Assembly (NCBI GenBank): GCA_964558645.1 | Contig: CAZLEV010000002.1 | Coordinates: 320,001-384,000 of the forward strand | Direction: 5' to 3' | Source: an uncultured archaeon | Lineage (GTDB): Archaea; Asgardarchaeota; Thorarchaeia; Thorarchaeales; Thorarchaeaceae | DNA length: 64,000 bases | Shown here: positions 20,919-30,905 of the stretch, piece after piece | Numbering within the stretch: position 1 is the first letter of the stretch | Layout: every line of letters begins with the position of its first letter | Notes under the pieces: model-generated | What the model was told of the DNA's origin: nothing | The model's input: only the letters and a program-made list of their open reading frames with translations | The model's database searches: none | Made by a program: the position numbers and the translations under genes

Positions 20919-21620
20919 TCAATCGTTGTACGAGAAATCAACCGTCTTTCCATCACAACCGACAAGAATCTGAAATGCTGAACCCGTCCGTTTTCCTCCC
21001 AGTCCCCCAAGATACGGTTCTCGGTCAGCCGGTTCAACAGGCCCTTCAAAGATGGCACGCTTCATGCACATCATTGCCAGATCGTGTGTGATATGAAGGT
21101 GAGTTTCCGGTGAATCAGTGTCGCGCAGCCGTCCGAAGGTATCTCGAAGTAGGCGAGGGATGTACTCATCAAACGGCTCCATCCTCTCTCCGAACCGTCC
21201 CTCTGCCCAGTGATTCACGAACTGGGTGACATTCTCTCCGTCAGGATGCAGATTGGTCCAGACCTCCTTCTCACTCACATGGGGGCCCATCAGAACCGAT
21301 AGGGCCTCGATGTCGCTGACAGTCCCACCACTCTCGGAAATGCCCTCAGCTATGGCCTCAGCAGTCTGGAAGCTTCGGGGAACGATACTTGTGAACACAC
21401 GGTAGGGTCTGTCCATCGGAAGCCGTCGTCCCATCTCCCTAGAGAGATGCTTTCCAATCTCTGTCAGTTCGCCGGTAACCATGGTGTCCATATCATCAAT
21501 CTGATCACGATGAGAATGTCTCAAGAATAACAGCAATGGAAACCCGGACGAGGATGTGCGCGCCCACTCCACGATTCTTTGCCCACTGTACAACCAGTCA
21601 GCCGCTTTCCATTCATCCAT
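20919..21620 (-). CDS. histidine phosphatase superfamily protein
   Basis: LRHS motif, ELTEIG, TSIVPRSFQTA, ITHD. Confidence 0.8.
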   Translation of the reverse strand: MDEWKAADWLYSGQRIVEWARTSSSGFPLLLFLRHSHRDQIDDMDTMVTGELTEIGKHLSREMGRRLPMDRPYRVFTSIVPRSFQTAEAIAEGISESGGTVSDIEALSVLMGPHVSEKEVWTNLHPDGENVTQFVNHWAEGRFGERMEPFDEYIPRLLRDTFGRLRDTDSPETHLHITHDLAMMCMKRAIFEGPVEPADREPYLGGLGGKRTGSAFQILVGCDGKTVDFSYND

Positions 21621-22075
21621 GGCTTGGCACCTATAGTGTCCGCACTCTCGCACCACGGATAAACCTAGCTACTTAGGCTTGAAACGACTATTGACACGGT
21701 AGAACATGTTCCACGTGTTGTTCTGCTGCCAGAGCAAGGACTCTTATCCAGCTTCTGCGGTATGCATCGAAGAGAGTTGATGGGGTGTTTCGAAGACGAG
21801 AACGAATACCGAGAGCTCAGGGAGTGCCCATTTAGAAAAGAGATGTATCGCCAATGCCTGCATGTTCTGGACTGCTGTTGACGCACGGTCTGGCTACTGC
21901 AACTTCAATGCAATGAGAAACTCAATAAGAACGATGGAAACTGCCGCGGTCTGCGTTGCGTTCATGCTTTTCACCTTGATTATCCTGATATTGAGTCCAG
22001 CTGCCTGAGCGGACGCTCCAACCGACTCGTATCGCCTCGAAGAGATTATATCGCACTCTGCAAATCCGTTGTGCC

Positions 22076-22657
22076 ATGCAATTGGCACCCATAGACCTTG
22101 TCTTCATGATTGGCGACTACGCAGTATCAGTCGTTCTCATCCTGCTCTTCATCTATTTGTATAGAAGTGGACGGATCGATCGGGCACTCTACTATGCATT
22201 TTGGATCGGTTGCCTCATAGGAGCAACCTGGGAGTTCACATTCATGTTTCTGGGACCCGATTTTGCGTACTCGGTCAATCCTTGGCCCTTTGGCCTCAGC
22301 GGATGGCCGAAGAAACTGAGCCACTCCATCTGGGACGGAGGCATCTTCATGGTGGGTGTCTGGCTCTCTCAAAGACTACTCTCCAAAAGACCTCTCTTCA
22401 CATCATTTGACTGGAGGGAGTTGGCTATCATGGAGAGCTGGGGAGTGTTTCAAGGCTTCCTCGTAGAGTATCTCTTTGTGGGTCGTGTGTGGTTCTATGT
22501 GCCACTTCCATGGAACCCCGTCATCATCCCGCCACTCCCGGGCGGGGCAAGCGAGGTCGGCTACACCCTGATCCCACAACTGGTCTGGACAGTCGCCCCG
22601 ATAGTCTTCTATCTGGCATTGCTCTGGCTGAGGCAGAGATATCCACCCGAGGCATAG
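22076..22657 (+). CDS. hypothetical membrane protein
   Basis: 193 aa, about 5 TM, HSIWDGG motif. Confidence 0.75.
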   Translation: MQLAPIDLVFMIGDYAVSVVLILLFIYLYRSGRIDRALYYAFWIGCLIGATWEFTFMFLGPDFAYSVNPWPFGLSGWPKKLSHSIWDGGIFMVGVWLSQRLLSKRPLFTSFDWRELAIMESWGVFQGFLVEYLFVGRVWFYVPLPWNPVIIPPLPGGASEVGYTLIPQLVWTVAPIVFYLALLWLRQRYPPEA

Positions 22658-22673
22658 TTTCACGTCGGGTCTA

Positions 22674-22919
22674 TCACGTAATAGACTGTTGTGATTCTAT
22701 CCACCTCAGATAGAGGCCGTATAGAACGAGAATCAGACCGATTGGTATCAACGCTAGGAAAACAGTACCCGCAATTACGGCAACTGGTGGGGGTATTTCC
22801 CCGGGCTCTGGCATAACAGCCTGGTAGAATAGCCAGATTACAACTTGGTTCAACAGAAATCCTAGAACAATCAGGATGACTCCTACTGTCACATATTTCG
22901 AAGAACGTCTCAATTCCAT
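22674..22919 (-). CDS. small membrane protein (2 TM)
   Basis: 81 aa, two hydrophobic helices, upstream GGAG. Confidence 0.65.
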   Translation of the reverse strand: MELRRSSKYVTVGVILIVLGFLLNQVVIWLFYQAVMPEPGEIPPPVAVIAGTVFLALIPIGLILVLYGLYLRWIESQQSIT

Positions 22920-23007
22920 TTCTCCATACTCAGCATAGGCTATCTCGCTTTATGGTAATCAGTCTACTTCTTGAACGTGTCAGACGTTCACCTAGACTGT
23001 GCAGGAG

Positions 23008-23382
23008 TCACTGTGACAGAAACGACGGTTCTGAGATGTTGAATGCATCACGAACTCTCGGTGTGAGAAGATAGACTGTGACCACTGCAGCCCAGATTGC
23101 TGACAGACTAGGCAGAAATCCCAGGGCGGCAGCGACGATTGCAATCAGATTGTGCCCTATTCCTGCAAACCAACCCCATGTCTTTATCTTGGCAAGTCCC
23201 AATCCGATACAGATGGGCACTGCCACAAAGGCTGCTAGGTACACGAACCACGCAAAGGTCAGAAAAGTGGGGTTATACACTATGGCCCAACCAAGGCCGA
23301 AAGCATAAACGATTATCAACTGGAGGGCAGACAGGATATAAAGCACACCCAGAATCTTCGGACCCTCAATTTCCTCGGACAT
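23008..23382 (-). CDS. small membrane protein (4 TM)
   Basis: 124 aa hydrophobic; YLLTPRVRDAF C-terminal motif. Confidence 0.7.
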   Translation of the reverse strand: MSEEIEGPKILGVLYILSALQLIIVYAFGLGWAIVYNPTFLTFAWFVYLAAFVAVPICIGLGLAKIKTWGWFAGIGHNLIAIVAAALGFLPSLSAIWAAVVTVYLLTPRVRDAFNISEPSFLSQ

Positions 23383-23632
23383 TTAGATATCTCCGTTATC
23401 AAATGCATAGTTATGGATTTAATCCTTTGTACGAGTGGCACGGTCTCACAGAATTGGTCAAGTCCCGTTTCTGAACGAATGTCACTCTGTTGTCCAAGTA
23501 TGTCCATCCAAAGGTGAGCGGTATGAGCGCTCCACTATAACAAGACGGCACACATCTGTAGACCTGCTTCCCAAAGGGCACATTTGAAGTCCGGCTCTTT
23601 CACTCACCGGACTCCGTTCCAACTGATTTGAT

Positions 23633-26600
23633 TCACGCCTTTGTCCAGCTGTCTGAGGTTTCCACATTCGAGGCAGAGTCATACTCATATCCCGTACCAG
23701 AGAGATTGGTCACCGTGAAGATATACTCGCCTGACAGAAGGGGTTGATTGGGTCGGAACTGGTACGTGAATGTGATCACACCATTTGCGTCTGTCTGTCC
23801 CGAATACTGCTCCACTGCGCCACTTGGAGTAGTGAGTTCCCCGGTGACGGTAACACCCTCTGCCGGAGTCCCTTCCGCATCAACTACTTCGATTGTGATG
23901 TCAAGATACTCTGTACGTCCATTTGATGAGTAGTGAGTCGAGAAGCTGATACTCTGTACATGAATATATACTGGCGAGGGGGACTGTCCCGCGTTGCTTG
24001 AACCTGGAGTTGGAGACGTGAAGGTGGTCCATGTGTCGCCGCCGTCAGTTTCTCTTCCGTAGCTCACATCGTCACTAGATGAGGAGTAGGAATACGAATC
24101 GATGACAGTTGTGCCATCAGGTCTGAGAAAGTTGACAGTGTCGCCGTCGTTGTTCAAATAGATGCCGGTGGTGCTCTGATAGAAGACTACGAATCCGAAA
24201 GCCGGAATCGTCGTTCCCGAGGGGATCGTATACGACGCCGTTCCGCCGTTCGTGATATCGTCCAGAACATAACCTGAAACATCCACTTCTACATCGAGAG
24301 GATTGTAGAGCTCAATCCATTCCTCTGAATAGAGTGAATACGGGTCGGGGAGAAATTCGTTGATGACAACAGAGTCTGCCAATGAACTCGTTCCGCCGTT
24401 GGATTCGCCGGGAGTTGGTGAGTCAAAGGTAGTCCATGTAGAAGACCCATCAGTCTCACGGCCATAGCTCACATCATCGCTCGATGAGGAGTAGGAATAC
24501 GAATCGATGACGGTGGTTCCATCGGGTCTCAGATAGTTGACGGTGTCACCGTCGTTGTTCAGCCCAATACCTGTGGTGCTTTGATAGAAGACGACAAATC
24601 CGAATGCAGGAATCATAGTTCCGGCAGGTATTGTGTATGGATTGGTGCCACCGGTAGTTATGTCATCCAATACATAACCCGAAAGGTCTACCTCTACGTC
24701 AAGAGGATTGTAGAGCTCAATCCATTCCTCTGAATAAAGTGAATACGGGTCGGGGAGAAACTCATTGAGGACAATCGAATCAGCTAGAGAGCCTGTTCCG
24801 CTGTTGGACTCACCTGGTGTCGGTGATGTGAAAGTTGTCCAGGTGTCGCCGCCGTCAATTTCTCGTCCGTAGCTAACGTCGTCAGAGGATGAAGAATAGC
24901 TGTACGAATCCTGAACCGTGAAGCCATCTGGCTGAATCAGGTTGACATCGTCACCAGCATTGTTGAGGCCCACACCAGTGGTGCTCTGATAGAATACTAA
25001 GAAACCATATCCGGGGATGACTGTGCCATCAGGAATGGTATACGGATTAGTGCCACCATCTATGAGATCGTCAACGATGTATCCTGACAGGTCAGCCTCA
25101 AGCTCTTGGGGATTGTAGAGCTCAATCCATTCCTCGCTGTAGAGAGAGTAGGGATCAGGCAAGAATTCATTCAAAACCACAAGGTCAGAAGAACCGCCCT
25201 GATTGGTCGTGGCAGTAGCTGGCTCGGATTTAGGTCCCTCGTTCAGACTAGTATCACGAGCGGATACCTCGTAGACATAAGTGGTTGCAGAATCAAGTCC
25301 GGTGTCACTGTAGCTGGTCCCGTATGCCTGTGCAATGAGAACACCGTCACGGTAGATTCTGTAGTGGGATAGGTCACCCTCTGTGTTAGGATCCCAAGAC
25401 AGATCGATTCTCGACATACTGACAGTCTGAGCAGTTAGACCAGTGACCTGAGCTGGAGGGGTCGTATCAGGTTCGCTAGTCGAGTTCCAGCTTATGAACG
25501 CATCCACACTGTAGTGGTCTGACCCTGTGTCTGCAGTTGGTGTGTCGCCACAGGTCGAATTGATGAGCTTGTCTGCGAAGAATGAGTTTACAACAATGAA
25601 GTCAATGCGGGAGGTATACTCCGGGCTCTGATGGCCATAGGAATAACCGGGGTCGGTCGGATTCAGGGTCCGGAAGACGTCTATGAAGGTATGCAGCGAA
25701 GAGGCATACTGACCGTATGTTGGATCTGATGGATAGAGCTTCATCGTCATCGGTCCATATCCGAGATCACCCATCGGGGCCAAGTCACCTGTGTCATCAG
25801 GAGAGAATGAGTTCAAGTCGCCCATGTATATGATGGGCACGTCGCCCAGATTATCCATATAGTTGATAATTCCCTCAGTCTCACGTTCCCTGCGCCACTC
25901 GTTTTCGCTTCCTGACATAGCCTTCAGGTGGGAACCGAAGACATGGATGTATGTGCCGTCGATATCAACCACTGCCTCAATGAAGTCATGGGTGACATCA
26001 TAGTCTGATCCATCATCCAGTGGGACCAAGGGTAGCTGATTGAACTCTAGAACGGGATATCTCGAGAGAATGGCCTCCCCACTTGTGGAATATGTAATAT
26101 CTTGAGCGCAATATCCAACGTATGGAATCTCGTCAACAAAGTAGGCATTGAACTCGTCAACAACTGAGTTGAGCGTGTAATTGCCACCATCATCCCATGT
26201 GCCAGTCTCAACCAGAATGAGGATATCGGGGTTCTCCTCCTTTACTACCTGCTTCCAGTCAGCATTTGCACCGGAGGCCTCGATGTTGTAGGTCATCACC
26301 TTGAATGCATCGTCGGTGGGCTCTGATGACCCAGAGTTGTCCACCGTTACGGTCACCGAGTCTGAGCCTGTGAGGCCACCAGTATCTGTGACCTCAGCGA
26401 AGACGAGATGACCGCCATCAGAATAAGACGTAGTGTCCCAATCGTAGCTGAAAGCAGTGGCAACATAGATGTCGTCGATGTAAATGTCGGGCACAAGCGA
26501 GTCTTCGTCATCCACAGTGACGGTCACAGTGACGGTCCCTGAAACGATAGAAGACTGAGCCGGGTTTGTGATTGTGACTGTGGGTGCTGAGTTCTGAGCG

Positions 26601-26959
26601 CCGTTATCAACTGTGACGGTGATTGAGTCCTCGCCCCAGTTCTTTGAGTTATCACGAGCACGGCAGGTGATTGAGTGTACAGCATCGGCCTCTTGGGTTG
26701 TATCCCAATCATACGATTGAGCTGACCCGCGAAGAACACCGTCGATCAGAATCTCATACTCTACCACAGGATTCTCATCGGTTGCAGTGAAGGAAACCGT
26801 GACCAAGCCAGACACATATGTCCCGTCAGAGGGGGAAGTTATTGTGACTATCGGGGGCGTGGTGTCCTTTGGTGGTCTTGCTGCAAGAATCGGAAGTGTG
26901 TATGCTAGTGTCAACAAGAAACAGAATCCCAGTATGATACAGGTTTTCTTAATCCTCAA
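23633..26959 (-). CDS. secreted multidomain protein: 2x Ig-like, EEP (endonuclease/exonuclease/phosphatase) domain, FN3, 3x lamin-tail domain, C-terminal Ig-like
   Basis: Signal peptide; KVMTYNI, LVE, HLKA, MGDLNS, RIDFI, GSDH (EEP); PAQVTGL..W..YRIYR (FN3); NEFLPDP..EWIELYN..SYGR..SPTPG x3 (LTD). Confidence 0.88.
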   Translation of the reverse strand: MRIKKTCIILGFCFLLTLAYTLPILAARPPKDTTPPIVTITSPSDGTYVSGLVTVSFTATDENPVVEYEILIDGVLRGSAQSYDWDTTQEADAVHSITCRARDNSKNWGEDSITVTVDNGAQNSAPTVTITNPAQSSIVSGTVTVTVTVDDEDSLVPDIYIDDIYVATAFSYDWDTTSYSDGGHLVFAEVTDTGGLTGSDSVTVTVDNSGSSEPTDDAFKVMTYNIEASGANADWKQVVKEENPDILILVETGTWDDGGNYTLNSVVDEFNAYFVDEIPYVGYCAQDITYSTSGEAILSRYPVLEFNQLPLVPLDDGSDYDVTHDFIEAVVDIDGTYIHVFGSHLKAMSGSENEWRRERETEGIINYMDNLGDVPIIYMGDLNSFSPDDTGDLAPMGDLGYGPMTMKLYPSDPTYGQYASSLHTFIDVFRTLNPTDPGYSYGHQSPEYTSRIDFIVVNSFFADKLINSTCGDTPTADTGSDHYSVDAFISWNSTSEPDTTPPAQVTGLTAQTVSMSRIDLSWDPNTEGDLSHYRIYRDGVLIAQAYGTSYSDTGLDSATTYVYEVSARDTSLNEGPKSEPATATTNQGGSSDLVVLNEFLPDPYSLYSEEWIELYNPQELEADLSGYIVDDLIDGGTNPYTIPDGTVIPGYGFLVFYQSTTGVGLNNAGDDVNLIQPDGFTVQDSYSYSSSSDDVSYGREIDGGDTWTTFTSPTPGESNSGTGSLADSIVLNEFLPDPYSLYSEEWIELYNPLDVEVDLSGYVLDDITTGGTNPYTIPAGTMIPAFGFVVFYQSTTGIGLNNDGDTVNYLRPDGTTVIDSYSYSSSSDDVSYGRETDGSSTWTTFDSPTPGESNGGTSSLADSVVINEFLPDPYSLYSEEWIELYNPLDVEVDVSGYVLDDITNGGTASYTIPSGTTIPAFGFVVFYQSTTGIYLNNDGDTVNFLRPDGTTVIDSYSYSSSSDDVSYGRETDGGDTWTTFTSPTPGSSNAGQSPSPVYIHVQSISFSTHYSSNGRTEYLDITIEVVDAEGTPAEGVTVTGELTTPSGAVEQYSGQTDANGVITFTYQFRPNQPLLSGEYIFTVTNLSGTGYEYDSASNVETSDSWTKA
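23990..25190 (-). repeat. three ~405-bp tandem intragenic repeats (lamin-tail domains)
   Basis: GATTGTAGAGCTCAATCCATTCCTC recurs at 24301, 24706 and 25111 (405-nt period). Confidence 0.9.
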
Positions 26960-27148
26960 TGTATTATCTCCACAATATCTACGAAATACCTGTAACTCGC
27001 CACTGTATGGTCAGTATTAAATCTTGGTTGACCTCTACGTCGCCCCGCCCTGTTTGGCGCGAAGTAGGATAGTTCCATCACTGCCAAAACAACATCAGCT
27101 GAACAGATACAGCCAAGCTCTTATCTCCTGAAACGCCATCGAACAGGT

Positions 27149-27805
27149 ATGTATTCGTTTGAAGAGATAGACATAGTAGGGCAAGCTGGTGAAGTCCCCA
27201 ATGAGTATCTGCAGCTGAAGACGGACTCAAACAGATATGCAATCACTTTTCCGGGTAGAGGCTACACGACTCAGGCCCCCCTGCTATACTACACAAACAG
27301 ATTCTTGCTTCACAGTGGAATCAACGTCTTGAACATCAACTATGACTACTCAAACAATCATGAGTTTGCGGCCAAGAGCCAAGAAGAACAGATGGAGTGG
27401 CTAAGAGGTGACGCCCTTGCAGCTTACAGGGCCGCAGAGGAACAGCTGGACGCAAGGCCCTATTGCCTAATAGGGAAATCTCTGGGTACGATTGCCCTGG
27501 CGTACGTCCTTGACGGAATTCCCTCCTCCCGCAATCTCAGATTCGTCTGGCATACTCCATTGATTCTGCTGCCTCAGATTCAGAAGGCTCTGAAGGTTTA
27601 TACGCCAGAGTCATTGTTCGTGATCGGTACGAAAGACCCGCACTACGATGAGAGCATACTGTCGGAACTTGTGAAAGAAGTAGACGGCATGAAGGTAGTC
27701 ATCGAAGGCGCAAACCACGGATTGGAGGTCTCGACTGACCCCAAGGAGCTCTTGCAGGTCATAGAACAGGTGCTCCGAGGCTTGGAACGGTACTTCGATG
27801 CTTGA
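27149..27805 (+). CDS. alpha/beta hydrolase
   Basis: FPGRGY, GKSLG nucleophile elbow, GTKD, GANH. Confidence 0.85.
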   Translation: MYSFEEIDIVGQAGEVPNEYLQLKTDSNRYAITFPGRGYTTQAPLLYYTNRFLLHSGINVLNINYDYSNNHEFAAKSQEEQMEWLRGDALAAYRAAEEQLDARPYCLIGKSLGTIALAYVLDGIPSSRNLRFVWHTPLILLPQIQKALKVYTPESLFVIGTKDPHYDESILSELVKEVDGMKVVIEGANHGLEVSTDPKELLQVIEQVLRGLERYFDA

Positions 27806-27839
27806 TGCAACGTACCAAGTTGTTGAAACGTGAACTCCT

Positions 27840-28232
27840 TTACTGTTTCCCCTTTATCGCCAAGAAATCCTCAAGGAAGAGCAGACCAAATAGCAGGTCA
27901 CCGGTAACAACCACCAAGACCAGAAGTGATGCCTCCGCAAGGAGGAAATAGTACAGCCCAATCACGAAAACCCAGCACTTCTCGAAGATGGCTATCTGGA
28001 CGAGGCCATGGTTCTCAGCAGTGCTTCTGCTGATGAGGTAGAATCCAATACCGAAACCAAAGACGAGCCCCATGAAGCAATCAAACCACAGCATGGTTGG
28101 TGGAATTGTATCCCCTGCCAAGAAGAAATAGCTAATATCTATACGCGGCAAGGCGAGGAAAACAACAGCGAGAAACCAGTTCCAGACCGCTGCGGCGAGG
28201 TACATGTACTTGTGATATCTCTCTCGGTCCAC
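27840..28232 (-). CDS. hypothetical membrane protein (4 TM)
   Basis: Hydrophobic ORF; GTG start at 28232 preferred to track start 28382. Confidence 0.65.
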   Translation of the reverse strand: MDRERYHKYMYLAAAVWNWFLAVVFLALPRIDISYFFLAGDTIPPTMLWFDCFMGLVFGFGIGFYLISRSTAENHGLVQIAIFEKCWVFVIGLYYFLLAEASLLVLVVVTGDLLFGLLFLEDFLAIKGKQ

Positions 28233-28484
28233 GTGAATCCCTTCGGAGGGGGCAATGGCATATCCTAGATATAACTCCAGTGCCTCTACAAGGAGACCAG
28301 GGAGCGAGGGATTCATCTCTGAATCAACAGACGGACGCCATATCTCTCCTTTCCAGAGAACATCCAACCGTAAATGGGCCATGGGCTTGACGAAATCGTG
28401 TTTGATCTACAGAGATTCACAGAAGAATGAGATATCATAGAGTCCCAAAACGCCGACTATGTGATGAGCGGATTCTAAAGAGAT

Positions 28485-29384
28485 TCAGAGAAGTATCTGC
28501 ATGTGCTTTGCAGTTGAAAGGTTATTCTTAGGTGCTTCAAGTTTCGGATCCAGTTTCAGGGCACGATTGAAGCACTCTATGGCACGTTTGACCTCACCCT
28601 TTTCTCGCAGTAACACACCCAGGTTATTCCATCCTCGGGGGTCATCAGGAGCGGACGCAGTATACTCTTCCATAAAGGGAAGGGCAGCAGACCAGCGCTC
28701 CATGAACCAAAGGCTGTTTGCCAAACGTAGAAGAACAAGAGGACGGTCCCAATCAATGGCAAGGCACAGTCTGTAGAACTCGATTGCACGTTCGTAGTTT
28801 TCTGCTTCGTAGCAGATATCCCCCACCTTCGCTGCGGCGTCGCAAGAGTCAGAATCGAGCTCCATGGCCACATTCAGACTGATACAGGCCGCGTTGTATT
28901 GCGACTTACGTGCCTGACAGATGCCTCTCATCTCCCATACCTCGGCCACATCATCGTCCAGTTCAATGATTGAGGAGGTTGTTCTCAGAACCTTACTGCA
29001 TAAGTTCAACCTGAATGCAGTCCGGGCCAGAATGAGAAGAGTATCGAGATTATCTCCACCCTTCTTGGTGTAGTCCTCAAGGACGGAGAGGGCCTCCTCA
29101 AGACAACCCTCCGAGTACTCCAGATTGCCCAGATATGCAAGAGAGGATATCCTTTCAGAGTTCAAGGAAACAGCTCTTTGCAGACATTCTCGCGCACGAC
29201 TAGCTTCCCCTGTTCTAATCGAGAGAACTCCGAGTTGTTCCCAGGCCTCATCATAGGAGGGAGATAACCTCACTGCTTCTTGGAGCGAATCAATAGCTGC
29301 ATCTATCTGGTCAAACTGATGGAATTGCATCGCTCGTTGATAGTAAGCTGCTGCCTCTTCCCTTTGTTCCTCATGCACGTCCAT
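28485..29384 (-). CDS. tetratricopeptide repeat protein
   Basis: Repeated AW..LG / A...F.RAL.LDP patterns. Confidence 0.88.
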   Translation of the reverse strand: MDVHEEQREEAAAYYQRAMQFHQFDQIDAAIDSLQEAVRLSPSYDEAWEQLGVLSIRTGEASRARECLQRAVSLNSERISSLAYLGNLEYSEGCLEEALSVLEDYTKKGGDNLDTLLILARTAFRLNLCSKVLRTTSSIIELDDDVAEVWEMRGICQARKSQYNAACISLNVAMELDSDSCDAAAKVGDICYEAENYERAIEFYRLCLAIDWDRPLVLLRLANSLWFMERWSAALPFMEEYTASAPDDPRGWNNLGVLLREKGEVKRAIECFNRALKLDPKLEAPKNNLSTAKHMQILL

Positions 29385-29735
29385 CCAACATCCATCCCGG
29401 GAACTATGCACGGGATTCCCGTGCCCGAGAGCCTCATCGATATCTTCTTTGCCTGGGTCTTTTATAACTGACTAGCATAATCATATTCTTTACTAGTGCA
29501 ATTCGAGTTCAGTATAGGAGAGTTTGCACCAGTAGGAGCACACTCTTTGGCCTCATAAGCCATCCAATGTCACATGGCATCAACTGTCTCTCTCCCCACA
29601 CTCCACCTAGAGATGCACGATAGACTTACATAATATTTTATCGCATCTCCTATTAGAACGGGTCTGAACCGAACCTGCTCGTTGATGCCTGAATAAGGCA
29701 TTGCCGCCACAAAGACCCAGTCTAGACCCCACCGA

Positions 29736-30122
29736 ATGGAGTGTTCTTGCCAGATGAAATCACAAGTAGCCGGGAGCTTGGATGAAGTGCAAGCGTGCAA
29801 ATGCGGTAGGTGTGGATGTGTCGTTGTATACTCCGGAAACCATTGTATATTCTGTGAAATGACAATCGAGATGGTATGCGATCTTCTCAAGGAGTTCTCT
29901 ATGGGGGTTGAGGGTGTGGTGATTGTTGATATTGAGAAAGGATGCAGTTGTGGATGCTCGGCGGAGGTGACAGCTCTGCCTGCAGTGAGAGTTTGTGACC
30001 AAACAGTCGTTGGACTCCCGGACAGGACAAGCCTCAGAGAATTGCTGATTAATGCGATGATGAGCGACTGCTTCCATCAGACTTGGGACTTGATGGCGCT
30101 CCACTGTTCCCCACAAGTATAA
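29736..30122 (+). CDS. Cys-rich thioredoxin/glutaredoxin-like protein
   Basis: VYSGNHCIFC (CxxC), VTALPAV cis-Pro loop, VVGLP. Confidence 0.6.
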   Translation: MECSCQMKSQVAGSLDEVQACKCGRCGCVVVYSGNHCIFCEMTIEMVCDLLKEFSMGVEGVVIVDIEKGCSCGCSAEVTALPAVRVCDQTVVGLPDRTSLRELLINAMMSDCFHQTWDLMALHCSPQV

Positions 30123-30138
30123 GACTGACCAGGTCTCA

Positions 30139-30594
30139 TTAGAAATCGAGTCTCAGAGTTTCCCACTTCACTCTGCCGGCCTCTACAGCCTCCTTAATCC
30201 GTCGCTCAGTCTTGTTCAGAGAAGCGTTACCAGTCTTTATGTCGGCAAGAACTACCGTTATTGGCCTGTCAAGGTTACCGTCCTTCACGGCAGTATACCC
30301 GTCGAAGATAAGATAGTCGATAGGAGCGCCGATGAATCGTGCATCAGAGGGATCATAGCGAAATATGTCGCTCAGTAATGGAACCATGTGTTCGGCAATC
30401 TTTCCCTTCAACACGTAGCGACTTCTGTTCGCGGCGTCTTTTCGTATCGAGGACTCCTGCTCCGCCCATAGCTGTCTGAACTCAGCCTCTACAACATCGA
30501 TTCGTTGACGGAGGCGCATCTTCATGGCAAAATAGACGACCACTGCAACTAGCAATCCAGCGACGAGTCCAAGAATCATATCCTCAATAGGCAT
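30139..30594 (-). CDS. membrane-anchored Holliday junction resolvase-like endonuclease (Endonuc_Holl type)
   Basis: N-term TM; SRYVLKGKIAEH, DARFIGAPIDYLIFDG, DIKTG. Confidence 0.85.
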   Translation of the reverse strand: MPIEDMILGLVAGLLVAVVVYFAMKMRLRQRIDVVEAEFRQLWAEQESSIRKDAANRSRYVLKGKIAEHMVPLLSDIFRYDPSDARFIGAPIDYLIFDGYTAVKDGNLDRPITVVLADIKTGNASLNKTERRIKEAVEAGRVKWETLRLDF

Positions 30595-30905
30595 GACTCT
30601 ATGTCATGCTGCGAGAATATAATCCCCCGTAATTGTCAGATATTCGCTGGGCATTATGTGAACCAAGAGAGGACCGAAATCCCATCCATTTGGTCGGGAG
30701 AATTGGCGATGGCTGCGAACTCCTGACTGTGAAATATCCGAGTTCTCACACTCATGGACCTTGGCCCGAAACTATCGATACGGAGAGTCTGGAGTGGGGA
30801 TTTGGAAGAGAATGATGACTGAAGGAACCACTTCAAAGGATTGAGATAGAGATATGAAGAGCACGACTTAAGAGCATTGAAACACTGAATCACTGATGAT
30901 TTCCG

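Noticed and set aside
21660-22075. Short ORFs, including a signal-peptide-like stretch ending in TGA (possible selenocysteine or pseudogene)
   Set aside because: No Sec-type motif or SECIS was seen and the downstream frame is not protein-like; insufficient support
30700-30760. GGCGATGG resembling the start of a fluoride riboswitch
   Set aside because: The complementary stem and downstream consensus are absent, and there is no relevant downstream gene
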